Position numbers and translations under genes: made by a program. Below, one piece after another: positions 31,160 through 41,561 of a stretch of DNA of 64,000 nt (position 1 is its first letter; each line of letters starts with the position of its first letter). Source of the DNA: Verrucomicrobiota bacterium. GTDB lineage: Bacteria > Verrucomicrobiota > Kiritimatiellia > RFP12 > UBA1067. Under the pieces are notes generated by a model. It was given only the letters and a program-made list of their open reading frames with translations. It ran no database searches and had not been told where the DNA came from. Location of the stretch: contig JAHFSX010000020.1 of the NCBI GenBank assembly GCA_023269675.1, positions 6,550 to 70,549 of the forward strand, given 5' to 3'.

Positions 31160-33565
31160 ATGAGATCGACTAAGCAATGGGTGGGCCTGTCTGTTGTGGT
31201 GGCGGGGATGGCTTGCGCGGGGACCGCGTCCGCGGAGGCAGGCGGCCGGCCGGTCCCGCACGTCGAAACGGAGGAGGCGGTCGTCACGGGAAGCGGCTGG
31301 ACGGTCGCGCCGCTGGCCAATGGCCAGCACGCCTTTGCGAACCGCAATTTCGTGTGGGCCGACTTGCCGCGCGAGACCGGCGGATGGACCTACACTCAGA
31401 CGGCCGGAGGGGAGCGCGCGGAAGTCGCGGTGGAGGCCCGCAAGGAGATGACCGCCTATCTGGCGACGGCCTCCACGCAGTCGGGGATTGACCTGTCCGG
31501 CTGGAAGCCCGTCTCCGGGGTGTCCTTCCGCTATACCGATGGCGGGCGCACGGAACTGCAGGTGTTCTCCCGCAAACTCAAGGCGGGCGAGAAGGTGTCG
31601 CTGCCGCAGGGGAACTGGGCGGGCGGCCTGCTGCTGATGGGGCTGAAGATCGACGATGCGTTGCAGCGCCTCCCGTACAACAACCCTGGGCTGACCGTGG
31701 ATTTGGGGGTGGGGCTCTGGGCGTGGCCGCTGCCGATGGATTTCGACGGGGACGGGGACCTCGACCTGGTCGTGGCCTGTCCCGACAAGCCCTACAACGG
31801 CGTCTACTTTTTCGAGAACGCGACCGGACGGACCTCGCCGCGCAAATGGCTGTGCGGTCTGGATTCGGCTGCCAGGATGCCGGTCTTCAAGCCGGGCCGC
31901 TGGCTCTGCAAGGCTCCTGCCAACGTGCAGGTCAGCTATGTGGCCGGCGAGCCGAAGGTGCTGACGCCGGGCATGGCGTATCCGGACTTCATGAAGTCCG
32001 GGCTGGCCCGCGGCGTGAAGATCGAAGGGCTCAGGCCCAACGTCCACACCAACGCGGTGCGCGCCAACATGTGGCGCTACGTGGACTATGACGGCGACGG
32101 CGCGCAGGATCTGGTCGTCGGCGTCGGGGACTGGAAGGCCTACGGCTGGGACAACGCGTATGACGCGCAAGGCGTGTGGACGAACGGGCCGCTGCACGGC
32201 TTCGTCTATCTCGCGCGCAACCGCGGCACGACCGCATCCCCGCAGTACGGCGAGCCGGTGAAGGTGCTTGCCGACGGCCGGCCGGTGGACGTCTTCGGAT
32301 GGCCCTCGCCCAACTTCGCGGACTTCGACGGGGACGGCGACCTCGACCTGCTGTGCGGCGAGTTTCTGGACGGCTTCACCTATTTCGCGAACACGGGCAC
32401 AAGGCAACAACCGGCCTATGCGGCGGGCCGGCGCGTGAGGCGTCCGGACGGGGCGCGCCTGGCGATGGAGCTGCAGATGATCACGCCCACGGCGATCGAC
32501 TGGGACCAGGACGGCGACACCGACCTGATCTGCGGCGACGAGGACGGGCGCGTGGCCTTCATCGAGAACACGGGCCGGCTGGACGCGGAGGACGTGCCAC
32601 TGTTTCTGGCGCCGCGCTATTTCCGGCAGGAGGCGCAGGAGGTGAAGTTCGGCGCCCTGGCCACGCCGTTCGGGTGCGACTGGGACGGCGACGGCGACTG
32701 GGACCTGATCTGCGGCGACTCGGCGGGCTGCATCGCCTTCATCGAAAACCTCAGCGGTCCGGGCGTAGAGCAGCCGAAGTGGGCCGGGCCCAAACGGCTG
32801 CAGGCGGGAGGCGAGCCGCTGCGGATCATGGCGGGACCGAACGGCAGCATCCAGGGCCCGGCCGAGGCCAAGTGGGGCTACACCACGCAGACGGTGACGG
32901 ACTGGGACGGAGACGGGCTCCCTGACATCGTGGCCAATTCGATCCTGGGCAAGGTCCAGTGGTACCGCAATGTCGGCACGCGCAAGGCCCCGAAGCTGGC
33001 CGCCGCGCAGCCGGTTGAAGTGGAGTGGGAAGGCCCGCAGCCCAGCCTGGCGTGGGGCTGGATGCGTCCCGAGGGCAAGGCGCTTCTGACGCAGTGGCGC
33101 ACCACGCCGGTGACCGTCGATTGGAACAAGGACGGATGGGTGGATCTGATCATGCTCGACCAGGAGGGCTATCTCGCCTACTTCGAACGGTCGTTGCGCG
33201 ACGGCAAGCGCGTGCTGTTGCCTCCGCGGCGCATCTTCTGCAACGACAAGGGCGAGCCCCTGCAGTTCAACGCCAAGCGCGCCGGCGGCAGCGGCCGACG
33301 CAAACTGTGCGTGACCGACTGGGACGGCGACGGCCGGCTCGACATTCTGATCAACTCCAAGAACGCCGAATTCTGGCGGCAGGTGGAGGAGAAGGAAGGT
33401 CGGTTCTTTTTCAAGAACATGGGGGGGCTGCATCCCAAGAGTATCGAGGGTCACGACGTGAGCCCGACGGTGGTGGATTTCGATAATGACGGCCTGCCCG
33501 ATTACATCGGCGGCGCCGAGGACGGGTATCTCTACTACATGCGAAATCCGGCAGCGAAACGGTGA
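31160..33565 (+). CDS. FG-GAP/VCBS-repeat secreted protein
   Basis: Nine DxDxDGxxD-type repeats (DFDGDGDLDLVV, DWDQDGDTDLICG, DWDGDGRLDILI and others). Confidence 0.85.
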   Translation: MRSTKQWVGLSVVVAGMACAGTASAEAGGRPVPHVETEEAVVTGSGWTVAPLANGQHAFANRNFVWADLPRETGGWTYTQTAGGERAEVAVEARKEMTAYLATASTQSGIDLSGWKPVSGVSFRYTDGGRTELQVFSRKLKAGEKVSLPQGNWAGGLLLMGLKIDDALQRLPYNNPGLTVDLGVGLWAWPLPMDFDGDGDLDLVVACPDKPYNGVYFFENATGRTSPRKWLCGLDSAARMPVFKPGRWLCKAPANVQVSYVAGEPKVLTPGMAYPDFMKSGLARGVKIEGLRPNVHTNAVRANMWRYVDYDGDGAQDLVVGVGDWKAYGWDNAYDAQGVWTNGPLHGFVYLARNRGTTASPQYGEPVKVLADGRPVDVFGWPSPNFADFDGDGDLDLLCGEFLDGFTYFANTGTRQQPAYAAGRRVRRPDGARLAMELQMITPTAIDWDQDGDTDLICGDEDGRVAFIENTGRLDAEDVPLFLAPRYFRQEAQEVKFGALATPFGCDWDGDGDWDLICGDSAGCIAFIENLSGPGVEQPKWAGPKRLQAGGEPLRIMAGPNGSIQGPAEAKWGYTTQTVTDWDGDGLPDIVANSILGKVQWYRNVGTRKAPKLAAAQPVEVEWEGPQPSLAWGWMRPEGKALLTQWRTTPVTVDWNKDGWVDLIMLDQEGYLAYFERSLRDGKRVLLPPRRIFCNDKGEPLQFNAKRAGGSGRRKLCVTDWDGDGRLDILINSKNAEFWRQVEEKEGRFFFKNMGGLHPKSIEGHDVSPTVVDFDNDGLPDYIGGAEDGYLYYMRNPAAKR

Positions 33566-33593
33566 TGTTTTGAAGGTGAATGAGGTGGTTGGC

Positions 33594-34892
33594 ATGAAAA
33601 AGACAATGACCGCGCCGCTCGCGGCTCTCTTGGCGCTCGCACCCTTTCTGGCGGGGGAGGCCGCGGCAGGAGCCGAGGGTTCCGCTGCGGCGCGACCGAC
33701 GTTTGAAGCGGCCGAGCAGGCCCACGCGGAGCTGTGGAAGAGTCGCATCGACAGGCACGGCGTCATCCTGGATTACGTCGGCGAGATCCCCACGCCCGAG
33801 GACTGCGCCCTGGGGCGGCCGAACGCCATCGGCTGGTGGAGCCCGATCGAAAACGGTCCGATGTTCACGGGGCTGTATCTGCCGGCGGCCTGCGAGCGCG
33901 CCCGCCGCAGCGGTGCCGCGTCCGACAAGGAGCAGGCGCGGCGTCTGGCTCAGGGGCTCTTGACCTGCGCCTCGGTCTCAGACGTGCCCGGCTTCATCGC
34001 CCGAGGCCTGGGCACGGACGGCAAGTGCCACTATCCCCTCGGCTCGGATGACCAGACCCATCCGTGGTTCTACGGCCTGCACGCGTATTACACGAGCGGC
34101 CTCCCTTCCGAAGCGGAGCGCCGGCAGATCGCCGGCAAGATGAAGGAGGTCGCCGATGTCCTGGAAGCCGCCGGGTGGCGCTGCCCCTGCGAAGGGGCTT
34201 TCAAAGGGCAGTTCCGGGGCGGCTTCCAAGGGCACCTCTTCCGCGACGCGGTCCGGTATCTCTTTCTGCTTCGGGCGATGTATGACGTGACGGGCGACCG
34301 CGTCTGGCTCGAGCGCTACCGGAAGGCGCTTGCAGGGCGTCCCGCGAACTGCGACCGGACGCGCACCCAGATCTGCGCCGCCGGCTACGGTCCCGACCGC
34401 GAGGCGATCAAGAACATCGACGAGTCTCAGCTCTGGATCTATGTCGGCTCCCAAGGGTCGCTTGCCAAGCTCGCCGCCATGGAGAGCGATGAGCCGATCC
34501 GGGCGCACTACCGTGCGGGGTTGACCGCGAACGTCAGCAACGTCCTCGCGTCAGTCGAAGCGTACACAGTGTTCGATAACGCTGACGCGCAGCGCTTCGG
34601 CCACGCGAATTGGCGGGAAGGCTACTCGACCTGGTTCCCTCAAACCACGCAGGCGGAGGCGGAGAAGCTGTCCAAAACCGGCGACCGTGCGAAGCTGGGC
34701 GGGCGGAAGCATTACGAGGCCAGCTTCATGAAGAATCCCCTGGCGGCCGCGGCGATCATCGCGCTCGCCGGCGACGGCACGGGACGCGAGGCCGTGGAAC
34801 GCGCGATCCGCCATTACGATTACTCGAAGCTCTACATGTCGGAGTTCTTCTTCGCGGAATGCGCGTATTACGCGTTGCCCGCCAAGCCCTGA
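33594..34892 (+). CDS. Secreted hypothetical protein, paralog of 38622..39947
   Basis: Start MKKTMTAPLAALLALAPFLAG after GAGGTGG. Shares VPGFIARG and DQ.TH motifs with the paralog. Confidence 0.75.
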   Translation: MKKTMTAPLAALLALAPFLAGEAAAGAEGSAAARPTFEAAEQAHAELWKSRIDRHGVILDYVGEIPTPEDCALGRPNAIGWWSPIENGPMFTGLYLPAACERARRSGAASDKEQARRLAQGLLTCASVSDVPGFIARGLGTDGKCHYPLGSDDQTHPWFYGLHAYYTSGLPSEAERRQIAGKMKEVADVLEAAGWRCPCEGAFKGQFRGGFQGHLFRDAVRYLFLLRAMYDVTGDRVWLERYRKALAGRPANCDRTRTQICAAGYGPDREAIKNIDESQLWIYVGSQGSLAKLAAMESDEPIRAHYRAGLTANVSNVLASVEAYTVFDNADAQRFGHANWREGYSTWFPQTTQAEAEKLSKTGDRAKLGGRKHYEASFMKNPLAAAAIIALAGDGTGREAVERAIRHYDYSKLYMSEFFFAECAYYALPAKP

Positions 34893-35098
34893 GAGGCGCG
34901 GGAGCGTGCCCGACTGACGGAGGCGGGGCGAACGCAAGCCCTTATACCCCTGGCTATCGTTATTTGGACTAAAGACGCCGGGCATCCGGCTGGTAGGGCG
35001 AGTACTCCGTGCCGCCGACATTGAGCGGTCAGCGGCGGCGCAGGAGCGCACGCCCTAACGAATAAGATCTACATAACTTCCGCCAGTCGCATTCGTCC

Positions 35099-38000
35099 TC
35101 ATTCGCGGGGCGCGGGGATCACCTCGCCCGCGAGTTGCCGTTTCTGCCCGGCCGCGTCGAAGGTCCCGTAAAACGCCCCGTTCGCGTCCATCCACGTGTT
35201 GAGCCGCGCCCACTCCTCGGGCGTGAGGCTCACCTGGCCGTGCCCCTTCTCAAGCAATTTCGTGAGCGGGCTCGCCCACGCGCCGAAACGCAGCGGCTCG
35301 GTCAGCGGCTCATAGTTGCCGTTCGGGCGGCCCCACCCCGAGAACGACACCTGCCGGATCAGCGCGTTGTACGACTTTGAGAAGGACCCCTCCGGCACGC
35401 CGCTGAGGACCGGACGCTTCGGCTCCTTGCCGTCGTGGCAGGTCACGCAGTGGCGGTCGAGAATCGGCTGCACCAGGCGCGGATAGCTGAACGGCTTTGT
35501 GCCGTCCGGTCCCGCCGTGATCGCGGAGGGCGCGTGCCGGAGGGCCATGGCCTGCGCGCGCGGCGGCTCCTTCTTCATGCGGTGCTCGTGGCAGCCGATG
35601 CAGGTCTCGCTCTCGCCGGGCTGCAGATACACGAGGCTGCGCATGGTCTGAACCGCGCGCCCTCGCGCGTCCAGCGCCTGGAAGAGCAGCGGCGTGCGGG
35701 CCGGCGCCTCGAAGTAGGCCGAGCCGTCCGCCTCCACCGGCACAGTGCCTAACACCTGCCGCCCCGGCGCGCCCAGCCCCTCGCCGACCTTGGGCGCGTC
35801 GATGTTCGGCGTGGTTTTGAGCAGCACTTGAATCAGGCGAAGATGCGTGACCGGCGTGTTGGTCGGCAGGTAAGGCCAGCTCTCCATCACGTTGCTGAGG
35901 AAGAAGGTGCCCGTGCCCTTGTCGCGCCGCGCCGCGTCAATCGCCGCGGCCACTTCCGGGGGCGGTGTGCGTCGGGCCAGCGGACGCGCCCAGAGGCTGG
36001 AGATGTTGGGGTCGCGGTAGAGCAGCTCTTTGTTGCCGAAGGCGTCGCAGAGATAGATGCCGAACATGTTGGGGATGTTCGGCCCCGGCTCGCCGACCAG
36101 CCGGTCGTAGCTGTACGAGGCGAGGAAGCGCGTCTCGGAGAGCGGCCAGGGCGACTTGTAACAGTGCCCGGGCCAGCGTCGCTCCTCCTCGGTCGGCGCC
36201 TTTTCCATCCACGGCTCCTTCAGCGGGCTGTTCCAGTAACCGGCGGTCGGCGTGTCGAAGTCGTACGGGGCGGCGGGATCCGGCCCGCGGGCCAGCGGCG
36301 ATTCGGACTCGGGGAACCGCACCTCCGGCGTGAGGCGCGTCAGCGGCTCGCGGCCGTCCACGCCTTTCGTGACGTCCACCAGGACGATTGATCCCGCGCT
36401 CAGGCCGTGGTGCGGCGAGGCGGTCGCCATGACGCGCGACGATCCCGGTATGGAGCGCGCCTCCCAAAGGCCCGCAGGATCCCAGGTGTTGTTGCCGTAG
36501 TAGATGCGCACGTTGCCGCCGTCGGGCCGCGCCGACCAGAGCTGCTGATACAGAACGGCGTTGCGGTCCACATAATCCCAGCGCGTGTAGATCACGCGAC
36601 CGTCGTTGAGCAGGCAGGGGTTCCATTCGTGCGTCTCGTGGAACGAGATGCTGTGCGGGTTCTCGCCTCCCGCGCTCATCCGGGAAAGCGTATAGACGAA
36701 GCACGGGCCGCGTCCGCAGCGGTGATACCCGCCGCGCAAGGTCGATGAATAGAGGATGTCGCCCGACGGCAGGTAGACGGGGAAGAAGTTGTCGGTGTCG
36801 CCTTGCGTGAGCGGACGCACCGCGCCGCTGGCCAGCGTGAGTTCGTGGAGGTGGTAGCGGAGGTGCTTCGTGCGTTCGCCGAACCCCCAGGCGTCCGGCG
36901 CAGCCTTGACCGGGCAGTATGCGAAGAGCAGCCGTTGCGCGTCACAGGATAGTTCGGGCGTCATGAAGTTCCCGGCCGGGAGCGAGGCGGGGGTGATATT
37001 CCGCGTGCGCATGGAGACGCCCGGCTGTTCCAGCACGAACAGTCCGCCGCCGGGGCGCGAGCAGTAGCCATACATCTGCGTCAGCTGGTGGCTCATCACC
37101 GAGGGCACGTGCTTGACGAAGAGCAGCGGCGTACCCGTGAGCTGCGGGTCGCCGAGCATGAGTTGCCTGCGGAGCAGATGCGCCGACTGCCAATAGGATT
37201 CCCACGCGGCCTCGTCCGAATCCGAGCCGGGCCGTGCCGCACGCAAGCGCTCCGTCGCGGCCGGGTCCATGCCGGCCGCTGCCATCCGGTTCAGCAGCCG
37301 CTCGGCCGCCTGCGCGAACGTGCGCGCCTCGCGGGGCGTGCCGATGCCGTCCTGCATGCGCCAGTCCCATGCGGTCAGCGCGTCGGCGATGGCCGGCTGC
37401 GGATCGGGCGAGCAGGCGACCGGCCCGCGCGAGAAAGGCCGCCGCTGCGGGAGCAGCGTCAACGGTTTGCCGCCGTCCGTCAACGCGGTCACGCGCACCG
37501 CGCCCGCTCCTGCCGATGCGCACAGGGTTAAGGCGTTGGTTTCGGTCCGGTAGGCGGGCGCTTCTCCCGACAGCGTTTCCATGCGAAACCGGATATCGGC
37601 CAGCGGCGTCGAGCCGGGATCGAAGGCGACGCGCAGCGTGTCGCCCGCGTTCAGGTCCGCGGTCAGGCGCCAGCCGTCCGCCACCTCATTGTGTCCGGTC
37701 AGCAGCACCTGCGAGCCGTCTGTGCCGTCCGCATAGAACCAGACGCCCGCGGCCGATCCGTGTGCGGGGATGAGCGGACGGCCGTTCAGCGTGAGCGCGG
37801 CGCGCGCGGCCTTTGCGGCCGGTGCGCGGATGACGAACAGGAACGCGGCCAGCGAGGCCTCGTAATCGGTTTCGTGTCCCCTCGACGCCTGCGCATCGAT
37901 CAGGACAAAGGGATTGCGCTCCTGAACCGTTTTCGCCAGTTTCAGAACGCTTTCCGGCGGGACGGACGTGTCCTTGCCGCCGGTGGTGACCGCCAATGGC

Positions 38001-38602
38001 ATGGTGAAACGCTCAGGGAAGAACGCCGCGCTGCGCTTGACGTACTCTTCCGGCAAGGCGGTCTTTGTGCCGCCGAACGAGGCCGCGATGGCCTCTTGGA
38101 AATTCGTGTAAGACACATGGTCGGCCAGTCCGTTGAGTGCGACCACACCGTCGATCAGGTCGGGGTGCAGCGCCGCAAAGGTTAACGCGCTGCTTGCGCC
38201 CATCGATCCGCCAGAGAGGATCACGCGTTTGACCGTGTACTGCATTTTCAGGTCGCCGATGAGCTGGAGCATGTCCGCTTCGGCGGCGGGCCCCATCCAG
38301 GAGGTCTTCGCGCGGTAATCTGGCGAGACCAAGATCATCCGGTTCTGGGCGGCGGCGTCGCGCGCGGCGCGGGCCTCGCCGCGGTTCTCGCGGATGAACT
38401 GCCAGCGGTCGGAGCCGTGGCCATGCAGACTGACCAGCAAGTCGTACGGCTGTGCGGGTTCGAAGCCGTCCGGCAAGACCACGACGTAGCGCTGCTCGCT
38501 CCGGTCACGCGTCGCCGTGAAAGCGATGTCGTTCGTCTCGCCGGCACAGGTCATGACCGCCGTCAGCGCCAGAGCCAAACCCAGTTCAGGGACGTGTAAC
38601 AC
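35099..38602 (-). CDS. Alpha/beta-hydrolase (esterase) fused to a TolB/PD40-like beta-propeller with CxxCH motifs
   Basis: GTG start with GAGGGGG SD. SLHGHGSDRW, the GGSMGA nucleophile elbow, WDYVDRNAVLYQQLWSARPDG, CIGCH, CVTCH. Confidence 0.8.
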   Translation of the reverse strand: MLHVPELGLALALTAVMTCAGETNDIAFTATRDRSEQRYVVVLPDGFEPAQPYDLLVSLHGHGSDRWQFIRENRGEARAARDAAAQNRMILVSPDYRAKTSWMGPAAEADMLQLIGDLKMQYTVKRVILSGGSMGASSALTFAALHPDLIDGVVALNGLADHVSYTNFQEAIAASFGGTKTALPEEYVKRSAAFFPERFTMPLAVTTGGKDTSVPPESVLKLAKTVQERNPFVLIDAQASRGHETDYEASLAAFLFVIRAPAAKAARAALTLNGRPLIPAHGSAAGVWFYADGTDGSQVLLTGHNEVADGWRLTADLNAGDTLRVAFDPGSTPLADIRFRMETLSGEAPAYRTETNALTLCASAGAGAVRVTALTDGGKPLTLLPQRRPFSRGPVACSPDPQPAIADALTAWDWRMQDGIGTPREARTFAQAAERLLNRMAAAGMDPAATERLRAARPGSDSDEAAWESYWQSAHLLRRQLMLGDPQLTGTPLLFVKHVPSVMSHQLTQMYGYCSRPGGGLFVLEQPGVSMRTRNITPASLPAGNFMTPELSCDAQRLLFAYCPVKAAPDAWGFGERTKHLRYHLHELTLASGAVRPLTQGDTDNFFPVYLPSGDILYSSTLRGGYHRCGRGPCFVYTLSRMSAGGENPHSISFHETHEWNPCLLNDGRVIYTRWDYVDRNAVLYQQLWSARPDGGNVRIYYGNNTWDPAGLWEARSIPGSSRVMATASPHHGLSAGSIVLVDVTKGVDGREPLTRLTPEVRFPESESPLARGPDPAAPYDFDTPTAGYWNSPLKEPWMEKAPTEEERRWPGHCYKSPWPLSETRFLASYSYDRLVGEPGPNIPNMFGIYLCDAFGNKELLYRDPNISSLWARPLARRTPPPEVAAAIDAARRDKGTGTFFLSNVMESWPYLPTNTPVTHLRLIQVLLKTTPNIDAPKVGEGLGAPGRQVLGTVPVEADGSAYFEAPARTPLLFQALDARGRAVQTMRSLVYLQPGESETCIGCHEHRMKKEPPRAQAMALRHAPSAITAGPDGTKPFSYPRLVQPILDRHCVTCHDGKEPKRPVLSGVPEGSFSKSYNALIRQVSFSGWGRPNGNYEPLTEPLRFGAWASPLTKLLEKGHGQVSLTPEEWARLNTWMDANGAFYGTFDAAGQKRQLAGEVIPAPRE

Positions 38603-38621
38603 GTGAGCCCCCTCTTCGCAA

Positions 38622-39947
38622 TCACGGTTTCAGCAAGGGTTGCGGGTGCGTGAAAATCCCCAGTCCGCTGGCTTTCCAGTAAGCGGCGAGGAGATATAAG
38701 ATGCCGCTGCTGGAGACGCGCTCATAGTCCAGACGCGTGATCGACTGGGCCAGCAGCGCCCGCTGCGGATCCGGGAGCGGAGGCTCGTTCACCAGCAGCT
38801 GGGTCAGCGCCGCCTCGCCGCTTTCGCGGATGCAATACCAGACTTTGCGGTAGTCGCCCACCAGCCCGCCGCTTTGACGCCAGTCGGGGCCGATCATGGT
38901 CAAGTCGAGCTTTTGGCCGGCGCTGCCTGCGGAGACGGCTCTGGCGGCGGCATGCTGGGCGACCAGCAGCATCGCTTGACGCAGCCGCGCTTTGAGGGCC
39001 GAGTCGGTTTCCAGCCTGCAGAGCAGATCCAGAGAGCACTGCATCTGCAGCAGCGCGTAGGTCGGCGTGGAACGCTGAAGCTGAAACGACTGCTCGACGG
39101 CGGGACCCAGGAACTTGCGGTACAGACGATAGTGTTCGCCGTCTCTGCCCACGTCCCAGGCGGCGGCGTAGAACATGGGAAGCCGCGCCGCCTCGTGGGC
39201 CTGAACCTCCAGCATCCGGCAAATGCCGCGCGGATCGCGGGTGCCGTCGGCGCGCAAGAAGTCGTAGTTGTTAGCCGGGGTCACGTTGCGCGTCATGCGG
39301 TCGGCGATCTCCTTGAGGATGTTCCTGATCGCGGATTGGGTCGCCGCATCGCACAGGGGGCTGTGGTAGTATTCCCACAGGCTGTAGACGCAGTGCGTAT
39401 ACTGGTCCCGCGACGAATTGATGTAGACGCCGGAGGCGTTCCCGGGGCAGACGCCGCGGGCGATGAAGCCCGGCACGCCATGCACGGTGGCGCACAGCTT
39501 GATCCCGTTGAAGATCTTCAGCGCGTCCGCTTTCAGGGACGCGTCGTGCGTCACGGCGTACCGGTCGATGACCATGGAGAGCATGACGCCCGCGGAGATC
39601 ATGCAGTCCTCCATGCCGGTCCCGTAGCCGTAGGGGTTGGGGTATTGGCGCGAAACCTCGTCGGCGGTCGGCAGGTGCGCCAGTTCCTTCCCGGGCTCAT
39701 AGCTGCTCAGGTAGTCGTAAAACAGGTCGGTTTTGGGGCTGTAAAAACGGACCCACGCCACGCTCCACGCCTGGTCCATTTTGACAGACAGCGTGGCCGC
39801 CGCCGGAGCCCCGTCAGAGCTCACCGCAGGTTCCGCTCCCGAACACGTTCCGACGGCAAGGCTCAGGAGCAGAACGCATCCGCACCGGCAGGCCGCCTTG
39901 CCGCTCCGCTTCACTTCCTTCGGCACCCGATTGAAAGACACTTTCAT
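38622..39947 (-). CDS. Secreted hypothetical protein, paralog of 33594..34892
   Basis: Start MKVSFNRVPKE... VHGVPGFIARGV, SRDQYTHCVYSLWEYY. Confidence 0.75.
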   Translation of the reverse strand: MKVSFNRVPKEVKRSGKAACRCGCVLLLSLAVGTCSGAEPAVSSDGAPAAATLSVKMDQAWSVAWVRFYSPKTDLFYDYLSSYEPGKELAHLPTADEVSRQYPNPYGYGTGMEDCMISAGVMLSMVIDRYAVTHDASLKADALKIFNGIKLCATVHGVPGFIARGVCPGNASGVYINSSRDQYTHCVYSLWEYYHSPLCDAATQSAIRNILKEIADRMTRNVTPANNYDFLRADGTRDPRGICRMLEVQAHEAARLPMFYAAAWDVGRDGEHYRLYRKFLGPAVEQSFQLQRSTPTYALLQMQCSLDLLCRLETDSALKARLRQAMLLVAQHAAARAVSAGSAGQKLDLTMIGPDWRQSGGLVGDYRKVWYCIRESGEAALTQLLVNEPPLPDPQRALLAQSITRLDYERVSSSGILYLLAAYWKASGLGIFTHPQPLLKP

Positions 39948-40097
39948 GGGGCAGATGGTGTTAAAACGACACGGAGATGTCAAGCAGGATGCCGAGGGGT
40001 GGGATTCAACTTTGTTGAATCCACACCCGAAGGAGGCGTTAGAGTTTAGCCCGCCGCCCGTGCAGCGGGAACACGCGAAGGGGTAACTCTGCTGAAC

Positions 40098-40170
40098 GAT
40101 GAAGATGAGGATTAAGATAACGAAAGGCCCCGATCCCTCATAATCTTAATCGTGCTCTTAATCGTAATCC
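40098..40170. repeat. Inverted array of GATTAAGA-type octamers in a divergent promoter region
   Basis: GATGAAGATGAGGATTAAGATAACG-aaaggccccgatccc-TCATAATCTTAATCGTGCTCTTAATCGTAATCC. Confidence 0.8.
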
Positions 40171-40375
40171 GTTTGAAGTTACAGGCAAGGAGTTAGGAGT
40201 TGCCATGCCATGAAAGTGAACGTGTTCGCGCGCCGCGACGTGCCGGGAGCCGTATGAGGGGATGCGGGACGTGCATCCTGAAGGGTTTCGGGTGGTCAGG
40301 GCGGGGGATTTCTGTTTCAATAAGGGTGACGGGAAAGCGTGTGTTCTGTGTGATGCGAGGGCGAGGAGTCGGGCG

Positions 40376-41548
40376 ATGAAGAATTTCATTTATTATAATC
40401 CGGTCAAGGTGGTTTTCGGCAAGGGCACGGCGTCTCAGGTGGGCGAGGAGACCGCGCGCCACGGGCGCAAGGCGCTGCTGGTGTATGGACAGTCCAGCCT
40501 CAAGAAATCCGGTTATTTTGACCGCATCGCGGCTTCGCTGAAGGCGGCGGGCGTCGAGGTGGTCGAGTTCGGCGGCGTGCAGGCGAACCCGCTGCTCTCG
40601 CACGCGCGCAAAGGCATCGCGCTGGCTCAGTCGAGCGGCTGTGACGTGGTCGTGGCCGCGGGCGGCGGCAGCGTGCTGGACTCGGCCAAGGGCATCGCCG
40701 GCGGCGCGGGCTGCGGCATCGACCCGTGGGAGGTGCTCAACAACGGCAAGACGTTCACGGCCGCGCTGCCGCTGGTGACGGTGCTGACCGTGCCGGCCGC
40801 GGGCTCGGAGATGAACTGCGGTTTTGTGCTGACCGACGATGTCGCGAGCGGCATCAAGGGCGGCGGCTACGGCGGCACGCCGGTCTTTCCCAAAACGTCG
40901 ATCCTCGACCCCGAGACCACGCTGACGGTCTCGCCGCACTACATGACCTACGCGTGCGCGGATGTGATGTCGCACCTGGTCGAATTCTATTTCACCTCGA
41001 CTGAGGAGTGGACGCCGGTGCAGAACCGCGTGATCGAAGGCCTGTTCCTTTCGGCGATGGAGTGCCTGACGGCGATCCACGCCGATCCGGCCGCGTACGC
41101 GCCGCGCGAGGCGTTCATGTGGAACGCGACCTTGGCGTGGAACGGCCTGCCGCCCTGCGGCCTGGGCGGCGCCACGCCGTCGCACCTGATCGAGCACGGG
41201 CTCAGCGGCGTGTTCCCGAAGATCGCGCACGGCGAGGGCCTGGCCCTGATCCAGCCGACCTGGCTGCGGTGGTTCGCGGCGCGTTCGCCTGCGCGTCCGG
41301 CGCGTTTCGCGCGGGCGGTCTTCGGCGTGGACATTGCCTGCGACACGCTCGCGGGGATCGAAGGCGCGCGTCGCTATCTGGACTTTCTGGCGCGCTTCGG
41401 CGGGCCGCGCAATTTCGGGGCGTGCGGCGTGCAAGCCTCGGACCTCGACGCGGTCGCGCGCGATGCGGCCAAGCTCGCGCAGGTGTGGGGCATGGCGGCG
41501 GATTATCCCGAAGCGCTGATCAAAGAGATCCTGACGATGGGCGTATAG
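40376..41548 (+). CDS. Iron-containing alcohol dehydrogenase
   Basis: MKNFIYYNPVKVVFGKGT...VVAAGGGSVLDSAKGIA. GAGGAG SD. Confidence 0.88.
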   Translation: MKNFIYYNPVKVVFGKGTASQVGEETARHGRKALLVYGQSSLKKSGYFDRIAASLKAAGVEVVEFGGVQANPLLSHARKGIALAQSSGCDVVVAAGGGSVLDSAKGIAGGAGCGIDPWEVLNNGKTFTAALPLVTVLTVPAAGSEMNCGFVLTDDVASGIKGGGYGGTPVFPKTSILDPETTLTVSPHYMTYACADVMSHLVEFYFTSTEEWTPVQNRVIEGLFLSAMECLTAIHADPAAYAPREAFMWNATLAWNGLPPCGLGGATPSHLIEHGLSGVFPKIAHGEGLALIQPTWLRWFAARSPARPARFARAVFGVDIACDTLAGIEGARRYLDFLARFGGPRNFGACGVQASDLDAVARDAAKLAQVWGMAADYPEALIKEILTMGV

Positions 41549-41561
41549 CGGAGGGCTGGCT

